Below, in pieces: positions 39,407-47,348 of a DNA stretch of 53,474 nucleotides. This stretch comes from a virus (lineage: Duplodnaviria > Caudoviricetes), in the IMG/VR virus record IMGVR_UViG_3300025131_010455, positions 1-53,474 of that record; one strand, 5' to 3'. The position numbers were made by a program, and so were the translations under genes. The stretch's first letter is position 1. The number at the start of each line of letters is the position of its first letter. The notes beneath the pieces are model-generated. The model ran no database searches. It saw nothing but the letters and a program-made list of their open reading frames with translations, and was not told the DNA's origin.

Positions 39407-40203
39407 TCTTCTCGCATCCCTTTAAAAACTGTTGTCTTATATTTAGAGTTTTCTTCTAATAACATTTTAAAAAAATCTACATTTAAGCTTTTTCTTTTGA
39501 CCAATGCTGCAATAGTTCTAGTGTCTTTGGGTAGGCATGGGCCGCCGAAGCCTCTAAGATCTTCGTCACAACTCAGATAAACATCGTTGATGTGCTCTCT
39601 TTGTACAATTGTATTTTTTATTTTTGTATAATCTGCGCCGTTTGCCTTACAAACTTCATAAAAGCTATTTGCAAATGTCACTAGTGTTGCATTGTAAACG
39701 TTGTTAAAGTATTTTACGAACTCTGCTTCTAGAGGAGGCAGTTGTATAAACTTTTGTGGATAATTTCCATGAATTTTTTTAAGTTTTTCATATACTGCAG
39801 TGTTGTCAGTGCCTATAACACACAAGTCGTGATTGTCAACAAAATCTTCAAGTGCACATCTCTCCCTTAGAAATTCAGGTACAAAACAAAATTCTAAATT
39901 TGGATAAATATTTGATAGATTATTAATTGTACCCGGAGTAACCGTTGATTTTATAGCGATAACGCCTTGATAATTAAGCTCGTTTAAATCACCGACAACA
40001 GACTCAACTATATCAACATTGCATTCTCCGCTCTCTCTAGAAGGTGTAGGCACACAAATAAAGCAAACATCAGTCTCAAGTACGCTTTCAATTGTAGAAC
40101 CATCATACTTTACGTCGTGCGCAGACATATTGTGTTCTAGGCGCCTTAAGCTCTCATAAACCGCGCTGCCGACGATACCAATACCTACAACACCTATGTT
40201 CAT
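39403..40203 (-). CDS. Second short UDP-glucose/GDP-mannose dehydrogenase family protein
   Basis: GVVGIGIVG, ICVPTP, IKSTVTPGT, PEFLRE, AEFVKYFNN, GFGGPCLPKD. 266 aa. Confidence 0.9.
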   Translation of the reverse strand: MNIGVVGIGIVGSAVYESLRRLEHNMSAHDVKYDGSTIESVLETDVCFICVPTPSRESGECNVDIVESVVGDLNELNYQGVIAIKSTVTPGTINNLSNIYPNLEFCFVPEFLRERCALEDFVDNHDLCVIGTDNTAVYEKLKKIHGNYPQKFIQLPPLEAEFVKYFNNVYNATLVTFANSFYEVCKANGADYTKIKNTIVQREHINDVYLSCDEDLRGFGGPCLPKDTRTIAALVKRKSLNVDFFKMLLEENSKYKTTVFKGMREE

Positions 40204-41129
40204 TTGTTACCCTCTCTAATGGTTTTTGTAAACAAATCTACATATTCATCAACTAATATGTTCATGTCATACGTTTTAACGTTATTATAACAAATCTCTA
40301 CGTCGTTGTTAACTGGAATATAAAACTCTTTTGGCATGTCGACTATACAATTCTTATTTAATATAGCAGTTGCCATCCCAACATCTCTAGATACAATTGG
40401 TATCTGCATAGCAGAAGCTTCCAAAATTGCTTGTGGGCCACCTTCAACTCTAGAGGCAACAATATAAAGATCACAGCATGCATACATGTCCCTTAATGTC
40501 TCTGTCGGCGCCATTTCTATAAAATGAAAATTAATTTTTTCTTCTTTAAGTCGCTTAATAACATACTGGCGGCGCCAACCTCCAAGTAAAACAAACAAGT
40601 TTTGTTTGTCAATCTTTTTAATCGTTTCAACAAAAAGATCGGGCCCTTTACACAACTTGGGGCTAGCCAAGTCGGAGCCTTCAGTATCTCTCTGAAAACT
40701 TCCCACAACATACGCATCAGAGGGGATATTAAATTTTTTTCTAGTTTTTAGTTTGTCAGCCGGCTGCCATATGCTTGAATTGTACCAATACCCAATCACA
40801 TCTATTGGCTTCGTTGTCAATTGAGAAATGAATTCTTTAGTCTTTTGACAAGGAGTGTGGTATTGATCAACGAACCGATCTCTCTCTTTAAAATCTCGCA
40901 ATGAAGCTTCTGTAAATTTTTCAGGGACTATATGATGAATTGTCATAACCACTTTTTTTTCAACAAGAAGCTTAACCGGCACGTGCCTCCATAACCATGG
41001 ACTAATTATCCACAATAAATCTGCCTCTGTCGGATTATCTGTATGGTATTCAGGTTTTAAACTCTTCCATTCTTTGATAATTCTGTCGAGAATCCAATTT
41101 TCTCTTGGTGCTAGTGAAAAAACCTTCAT
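40200..41129 (-). CDS. Glycosyltransferase family 4 (GT-B)
   Basis: KGPD, YACCDLYIVASRVEGGPQAILEASAMQIPIVSRDVG (EX7E). Confidence 0.88.
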   Translation of the reverse strand: MKVFSLAPRENWILDRIIKEWKSLKPEYHTDNPTEADLLWIISPWLWRHVPVKLLVEKKVVMTIHHIVPEKFTEASLRDFKERDRFVDQYHTPCQKTKEFISQLTTKPIDVIGYWYNSSIWQPADKLKTRKKFNIPSDAYVVGSFQRDTEGSDLASPKLCKGPDLFVETIKKIDKQNLFVLLGGWRRQYVIKRLKEEKINFHFIEMAPTETLRDMYACCDLYIVASRVEGGPQAILEASAMQIPIVSRDVGMATAILNKNCIVDMPKEFYIPVNNDVEICYNNVKTYDMNILVDEYVDLFTKTIREGNK

Positions 41130-41130
41130 A

Positions 41131-41940
41131 TCAATACTTTAATTGCCACAATCTAGTTCCAGCAGGGTCTTGTTCAGGAGGCATGCCACCAATTAAATCA
41201 AAATTAAATTTTATAATTTCATAATATTGTTCCCTTTCGAGCGCTGCGGAGAGTAAATCACATCCAAGTTCCTCATTTGGATCGTGTTCGTGCTTGATAA
41301 AGTTTTCAACTAGCACCCCTTTAGAATTCATTTGCTTCATTAAATTAGCTAATACTCTCATGGGACTTGGAATATGCTCAAGTACTTCAAAAATTATTGC
41401 AATATCAATTTTTTTATCATATATTGGAAGTGTATTTGGTTTAACTGGTTTTACATATATGTTAACATTCTCTAGTTCTCTACTTTCTTTTAACTTGTTC
41501 AAGCGCCAATTTCCAAAAATCAAATGTTCGCAGCCATCAACATCCGTTAGCGATATATCCACATTAACATCTTGCTTTACCATATTGCAAAGCGAAAAAG
41601 AAAAAGGCGCTACCCCGCACCCATACTCGCAAATATGTATATCATCCTTTATGAACGGTTTCAAAATAGAAAGATGTAAATTTACAAGATCTTGATGCCT
41701 CACACACTGTCTAAATACACTCCATGCACCTTGAGCGATATAAAAATCAAATATATCTTTTTCTGTTTTACGCTCTTTTAGCGCCCAAATATCTTCCATT
41801 GTCATATTGGATACCGGTTCACAAGTTTTTGATCCTGGTAATGAAGGTTTTCTTCCATCTGCGCGTGTACCTAATTTAATTGCTTCTTCCTCAGAAACAT
41901 TATAATATTCGCATAAGTAATTTAACCATTCAAATTGCAT
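41131..41940 (-). CDS. Class I SAM-dependent methyltransferase
   Basis: ICEYGCG, LTDVD, IDIAIIFEVLEHIPSP, KGVL. Confidence 0.85.
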   Translation of the reverse strand: MQFEWLNYLCEYYNVSEEEAIKLGTRADGRKPSLPGSKTCEPVSNMTMEDIWALKERKTEKDIFDFYIAQGAWSVFRQCVRHQDLVNLHLSILKPFIKDDIHICEYGCGVAPFSFSLCNMVKQDVNVDISLTDVDGCEHLIFGNWRLNKLKESRELENVNIYVKPVKPNTLPIYDKKIDIAIIFEVLEHIPSPMRVLANLMKQMNSKGVLVENFIKHEHDPNEELGCDLLSAALEREQYYEIIKFNFDLIGGMPPEQDPAGTRLWQLKY

Positions 41941-41961
41941 TTTTTATTCCTTCTATAGTTT

Positions 41962-42834
41962 TTATTTTTGAAATGTAAACAATGTTGTACATGTTTTTTC
42001 ACCTACCGTGCCGTCATAAAAAATCCCGGCATCCGGGCGCACGTGCCACACAGGTAAATAATTTAAAAAATAATCAAATCCAAAAGATTTCACCATGTGG
42101 TGAATGCCATGTTTATAAAAATCTTCTTCAAGTAACATATGTTTTTCTTCTTCTGTAACAAACGAACACTTTTCAGGAAAAGAGACACCAGTGCGCGCCT
42201 TATAATTCCCAGGATATATCGAAACATCGAAACAAGGCAAAAGAGTATAACCGGAAATATTTCTGTATGTGGTAATTCGAATCTGTGTTGTCGTATATAA
42301 ACCACTGCGATTATGCAAGGACGCATAGCATTTTTCTGTGCGCACGTGCGTGGATTCAACGTCAGTCGGCTCTGGTGTAAGCTGGCACCAACTAATAAAA
42401 CAATCTTGCTCATAAGAAATGTTTATATACCTGAGCGCATTACGTACAGCTACAGGAAATTGGCTAAGATATTGTATTGGTGGCAATAAAAAATCAACAA
42501 TTACTTTTCCATTGTTTTCAATTGTCTTTTTCAAATTTCTTAAAAAATGATTTTTATCCTTTACAAACACTGTCGTTCTGAAGCAAATAACCAAATCGTA
42601 ATCAGAAATATCCCAATCTTCGTTTATCTCCCAATATTGTGCACCTAAATCAGTTTGAATGTCATATAAATCACTTTTTTCTAAATTGGGACATTTCGTA
42701 ATAACATTTTCTATGAATATATTTGCACTTTGCCAACCCAACCATGCAATGCTTCTAACATTTTTTAAATCAACATTGTCTTGCACATAGGGCGTATATA
42801 AATTTTTCGAAAGTTCATAATCTGAATTGCCCAT
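41962..42834 (-). CDS. Degenerate methyltransferase-like protein (paralog of 36255-36860)
   Basis: MGNSD..IAWLGW..DLYDI..WEINEDW..YDLVICFR..FLRNLKKTIENNGKVIVDF parallels the 36255-36860 product. Confidence 0.55.
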   Translation of the reverse strand: MGNSDYELSKNLYTPYVQDNVDLKNVRSIAWLGWQSANIFIENVITKCPNLEKSDLYDIQTDLGAQYWEINEDWDISDYDLVICFRTTVFVKDKNHFLRNLKKTIENNGKVIVDFLLPPIQYLSQFPVAVRNALRYINISYEQDCFISWCQLTPEPTDVESTHVRTEKCYASLHNRSGLYTTTQIRITTYRNISGYTLLPCFDVSIYPGNYKARTGVSFPEKCSFVTEEEKHMLLEEDFYKHGIHHMVKSFGFDYFLNYLPVWHVRPDAGIFYDGTVGEKTCTTLFTFQK

Positions 42835-42837
42835 AAC

Positions 42838-43794
42838 CTATATTACTCCGCTAATTTCATTCATAAATCTTTTTGCATATTCTTCATGAGTATATTGAGA
42901 GGCGTATTTTAATCCTTCTTTAACTTTCTTAAGTCTTTCTTCGTCGTTTTTGAGATAAAAACTTAATTTATCTATAATGTGATCATCCGACATTGACATA
43001 TCTATTTCAATTAAAAATTTAGAAAAGTCTTCTTGCTGCTCTCCCGGCATGTCGGCAGCAATTGCTGTTCCGCACATAGGGATTTCTATATATTTTCCAA
43101 ATCTAGACTTGGGTGCACCGCTGCATGTTATACAAATTTTTGCTGAATTTATGGCTTTAGCAAACTCAATTGCATATTTGCCTGTATGAGCGTCGTAATG
43201 AACGCCTCCAGGGTGTGGATATATTCCACACTCATATTTACCATTTATTTTTCTTAATATGTCAACCATTCTTGCGCGCAGCGGATAATGACTTCCCAAT
43301 AGTGATTTATAATATATCGAACCCACAAGAAGCAAATCAATTTGCTTTTTCAATCCATAGTCTTTAAAAACTGTTTGTTCTGCGCTGTGAGGGACGTTTA
43401 TAAATTTAATATCGCTGTCTTTGTATATTTCCTCATATTGTCTCATATCGTTTAAATGATGACATAGTACGATGTCGGCGCCACTTTCATCTATTTCTTT
43501 CCTTGTCCACTTAATATCGTACATTTCATTGTAACGAATACACTTTGTTTGCTTTACCTTGGAAAACTCATTTAACTCTAACGGCTTATAAGCTATTACT
43601 ACATCTGGTTTTTCTTTGCCTGCATATAAAATATCAATATTATCTTGGACTGTTAAACTGTTGTCATAGTTTTCCCAATTTGTTCCAGACCATTTTAATT
43701 CACAAATCTTACCAATGGCTTCTATAGAATGGTACCGGACTCTCGACATCTTCGTAACATACGAATTTTTATCACAAAGAAATAAAACTTTCAC
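42838..43794 (-). CDS. Glycosyltransferase, CgeB/YkvP-like (Glyco_trans_1_2)
   Basis: IDLLLVGS, YPLR, INSAKICI, KYIEIPMCG, YLKNDEER. Confidence 0.75.
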   Translation of the reverse strand: MKVLFLCDKNSYVTKMSRVRYHSIEAIGKICELKWSGTNWENYDNSLTVQDNIDILYAGKEKPDVVIAYKPLELNEFSKVKQTKCIRYNEMYDIKWTRKEIDESGADIVLCHHLNDMRQYEEIYKDSDIKFINVPHSAEQTVFKDYGLKKQIDLLLVGSIYYKSLLGSHYPLRARMVDILRKINGKYECGIYPHPGGVHYDAHTGKYAIEFAKAINSAKICITCSGAPKSRFGKYIEIPMCGTAIAADMPGEQQEDFSKFLIEIDMSMSDDHIIDKLSFYLKNDEERLKKVKEGLKYASQYTHEEYAKRFMNEISGVI

Positions 43795-44531
43795 AGAGAT
43801 CTTCTTTCAATTAAAACCTGCCCATAGTCAATATCCTCATCCGGAATTCTACGATCATCAAAAAATATTCTCCTATCCATGATAATAAGCTCTTTATCAA
43901 AATCATCTATTTCATCAATTGCTTTGGCACATTCAATATCTTTTTGTTTTTTCGTTGGAAGATGATAATCATCAAAAAGAAGAAACTTATTAAACTTGCC
44001 TTTAGTGTTTAGCCAATCACATTTTGTAGCTTTATACGTATGGTCGCCATCAATATAAATAAGATCAAATTTCTCATTTAATGATGGTAAAATAGATTGA
44101 GAATAACCTGATAGGTATTGAATTTCATTTGTAAAAAACCATTCTCTTGGAAAAGTATCTTTTAATCTATCTAGATGCTGCTTCGTGTTTTTATCACTAA
44201 ACAATGGATCAATTGTGATAATTTTTCCTCCACCATTTTCTTGTAGGGCCATGGCCGCACAAAAAGTACCGTATCCTCTTCCAAAGCCAATTTCTAAAAA
44301 TGACGTAAGATTATATTTTTTAATCAAACTATAAATAAGCAATCCTCTTTCATAGTTTGGGCGAAAAAAACATCCAACAGATTTATAAAGTGTGCTGTCT
44401 GGAGATCTAGTTTTTTTCGCAGTATATTCACCAATTTGATCAAAGTTGCCCAAATTAAGCTCTTCAAGCGGCATGCCAATTTCTTTGAGTTTTTCTCTAA
44501 TATTAATTTGTCTCATTTTTTTACTACACAT
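43791..44531 (-). CDS. Class I SAM methyltransferase (Methyltransf_24-like)
   Basis: FLEIGFGRGYGT, ITIDP, GYS, FDLIYIDGDHTY, FDDY. Confidence 0.88.
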   Translation of the reverse strand: MCSKKMRQINIREKLKEIGMPLEELNLGNFDQIGEYTAKKTRSPDSTLYKSVGCFFRPNYERGLLIYSLIKKYNLTSFLEIGFGRGYGTFCAAMALQENGGGKIITIDPLFSDKNTKQHLDRLKDTFPREWFFTNEIQYLSGYSQSILPSLNEKFDLIYIDGDHTYKATKCDWLNTKGKFNKFLLFDDYHLPTKKQKDIECAKAIDEIDDFDKELIIMDRRIFFDDRRIPDEDIDYGQVLIERRSL

Positions 44532-45256
44532 TACAAATATTTCCTTTTAAGCTTTTCATATAAAGAATCGGGATGAAAGTTTAAACTTTTATCTACGTTT
44601 GATCTTCGCCACATTTCATTCCACAAGTGAATTCCATAAATTCCTTCATCTTCAAAATCAAACTTATATTCTGGATTGATTAACAAAAACCACTCACACC
44701 CAGCAATTGGACAAAAAGTCTTATATGATTTAACAAACTGCTGAAGATTAAATTTTTCTACCGTTGATTTAACCAACCTGGGACCAATCTCGCCCCAAAC
44801 CAGATTTTCTCTATCTTTAGACATGCACACATCAAAAGCATGCTGTATTGCCGGGCTTCTTTTTGGTGCCTTAATTATGCCGGCATTAATATGTGTATTA
44901 TTTTGTCGGAGAGGTAAAACCTCTTCAGAAGAAAACACGAAAGGAGTATCAAAATCAAACTTTTTTAAACAAACCATGTCGGCGTCAATCCAATATCCGC
45001 CTTTTTCTAAAACTAATTTATATCTAAAATAATTTGAAAACCCTGAAAAGCTTTTATGGTCTTTGTACAAGAAGATCATATCTTCAGGTAATATCTCATT
45101 CCCATCTTTTACAACCACACCATCAGGTATACCTTTAACGTCAGAATAAACATACAAGTGTACGTCATGACCGTGATATACAAAGGAAGACAAGCACAGT
45201 CTTTCCATTGGAGACAGATCATCACCTATCCACAAAGTTTGAATAATGTCACTCAC
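44531..45256 (-). CDS. DXD-motif glycosyltransferase (GT32 / Gly_transf_sug-like)
   Basis: LWIG, FSNYFRY, GGYWIDADM, WGEIGP, IHLWN. Likely GTG start 45256 (track 45289). Confidence 0.85.
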   Translation of the reverse strand: MSDIIQTLWIGDDLSPMERLCLSSFVYHGHDVHLYVYSDVKGIPDGVVVKDGNEILPEDMIFLYKDHKSFSGFSNYFRYKLVLEKGGYWIDADMVCLKKFDFDTPFVFSSEEVLPLRQNNTHINAGIIKAPKRSPAIQHAFDVCMSKDRENLVWGEIGPRLVKSTVEKFNLQQFVKSYKTFCPIAGCEWFLLINPEYKFDFEDEGIYGIHLWNEMWRRSNVDKSLNFHPDSLYEKLKRKYL

Positions 45257-47348
45257 TAAAGTGGCTCCAGAATCTTTGTGGAACTTCACGCAAATAAGAA
45301 TCTATTTTATTTAAATCATCAGTATTAAACCATTCTTCTTCAGTGTGTTGCACATTTTCGTTTAAATGTAGCTCACAACCAAGAAGTTTAGCTTCAATAA
45401 CTAATCTAGGGCATGTATCTGCACCGGCCGGCGTAAAACACAAACCTTTAGCTCCAGCTAGCATTGATAAAGCCTCATCGTGAGTCTTATTTTCCAAAAC
45501 TGCAAAATCCAAATTATTTTCTTTACACCACTGCTGCGCAGTTTTAGATCCTTTAACCCAATTATCTGTACCTAGAGCAACCCAGACATTATTTTTATTG
45601 TCTTTATTTCCCTCTCTCAACTTTTTCATTTTGTCTAGTTTTTCTTCATTGAACACAGAAGAAAGAACAATACACTTATTAGCATCCAAATTCGGTAGTT
45701 CTTTTAAATGGATGTCTCTTTGTTTTTCAGACATAAAAAATATATTTTTGGCACCGCTTAAAAATTTATCAATACTTTTTCCATGAGTATGCTTGGCGCA
45801 CGTACATTCTTCGCTCTCTAAAAGCTTATGTAAATCTAAATTTCTATATCTGCAAAATTTATAATCAAATTCAACCACGGAATAATCAACACCGTTTTCA
45901 GCAAATAGATTTAACAAGTTAAAATCGGCAGTGCTATAATTGCCAAAAATCCATTTTTTGCCGGCATGAGTAGTTAATATCTCTTTAGACAAACTTCTTG
46001 AATTTATATTGACACTCTTGCTTGCACATTCATCAATAAGATTCTGCAAGCTTAGCTCGGCGCCACCGACACCTGTTCCAGTTCCTATTTCCTCAGAAAA
46101 CATATCGCTCACAAAAATATAATCAAAATTTTCTATTACCACCTCACCAAACGCAGAATTTAAAAATTTCTCATATTGTTGCTCTGGGGTGAAATTTTCT
46201 AGTATATGGTTTTGCAATTGTTTTGCAGCTTTTTTGTACCTTCCATGTTCTTTGTATATTTCGCAAAGCTTCATTTTGTAACTTCCTTGTTTCGGATAAC
46301 ACCACATCGAGTCTGCCAACAAAACGCCATCCCAAACAACTTCTTTCTGTATAGGGCCTAGGTCATAATCAACTTTAGCATATGCTGCACGATTTCTAAT
46401 TTTTCCTTTTTTATTTTTGACTGGCATGTATAGAAAATCTACATGTCCGCTCCAATCTGGTGCAATAACTGGCATACCACAATAAGCTGCCTCAAATAAT
46501 GGTAAACCAAAACCCTCGCCATGAGCTAGAGATACAAAAGCATTAATTTTTTGATGGTGATAGAGGCTATAAATTTCTTGATCTGTCATGTCTCCATGCA
46601 ATAAATAAACTTTACATTTTCTTTGTGGATATCTTGCAAGAAGCTCACTAATTTGTGTGTAGCCTGCACGGCGGTCTATTATAGAATTATTTCTACCAAA
46701 AATTTTAAGTACCAATCCAACATTTTGATCTATAAATTCTTCAACAAACCAATTAATAGTATTAACCAAGTTTTTTCTTGGGCCCCACTGAGCCATGACC
46801 AAGAAATTAAAATCAGGCTCAAAGTCAATATCCAAATCAACTACATCATGTTTTCTAACCGGGTAATGTACAACATGCACAGGCGTTTCACATTTAAGAA
46901 CCATTTCTTGATTTGTATCTTTGTGTGTGCCTTTATAAACAGTGTTTATGAAACCTTTTTTGGAATGCTCTGATATCGTAATTACTCTATCCATCATATT
47001 GGCGCGCTCTAGCCAAATGGGCGCAATTCTTGTTGTTTCTATTCCGGCTGTAACTCCAATATTAACCGGCGCTAAGCGTTCCCACTCATTTGGTATTGTA
47101 ACTTGAAATGATATATCATACGTACCATTTCTTTGTTCGTGTTCTATGGTTTTTACCAGTAAGGAGTCCATCCATTTTCTTTCTTCATCATCGTCCTTAA
47201 GCCAGCCGGTTTCTCCCCAGTTGGTGGTGTGAAGATATATATCAAATTGTTCTTGACGACTTCGAAGCGACCTAAGCACAAATCTAGTATGTTCTCCATA
47301 GCCACTTCTCGTTAAAGCTGGACCACGTATTAAAACTTTTTTAATCAT
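45249..47348 (-). CDS. Tandem two-domain GT-B glycosyltransferase (GT4-like fused to a second GT-B)
   Basis: Domain 1: SGYG, RKN, GEGFGLPLFEAAYCGMPVI. Domain 2: GGAELS, FFMSEKQ, KG, DTCPRLVIEAKLLGC. Likely start 47348 (ATGA overlap). Confidence 0.85.
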   Translation of the reverse strand: MIKKVLIRGPALTRSGYGEHTRFVLRSLRSRQEQFDIYLHTTNWGETGWLKDDDEERKWMDSLLVKTIEHEQRNGTYDISFQVTIPNEWERLAPVNIGVTAGIETTRIAPIWLERANMMDRVITISEHSKKGFINTVYKGTHKDTNQEMVLKCETPVHVVHYPVRKHDVVDLDIDFEPDFNFLVMAQWGPRKNLVNTINWFVEEFIDQNVGLVLKIFGRNNSIIDRRAGYTQISELLARYPQRKCKVYLLHGDMTDQEIYSLYHHQKINAFVSLAHGEGFGLPLFEAAYCGMPVIAPDWSGHVDFLYMPVKNKKGKIRNRAAYAKVDYDLGPIQKEVVWDGVLLADSMWCYPKQGSYKMKLCEIYKEHGRYKKAAKQLQNHILENFTPEQQYEKFLNSAFGEVVIENFDYIFVSDMFSEEIGTGTGVGGAELSLQNLIDECASKSVNINSRSLSKEILTTHAGKKWIFGNYSTADFNLLNLFAENGVDYSVVEFDYKFCRYRNLDLHKLLESEECTCAKHTHGKSIDKFLSGAKNIFFMSEKQRDIHLKELPNLDANKCIVLSSVFNEEKLDKMKKLREGNKDNKNNVWVALGTDNWVKGSKTAQQWCKENNLDFAVLENKTHDEALSMLAGAKGLCFTPAGADTCPRLVIEAKLLGCELHLNENVQHTEEEWFNTDDLNKIDSYLREVPQRFWSHFSE

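Noticed and set aside
31251-40960. A8/T8 homopolymers in GT genes (31251, 38453, 40953) as phase-variation tracts
   Set aside because: Equal-length runs occur in structural and other genes, they are expected at this AT content, there are no poly-G/C tracts, and all frames are intact.
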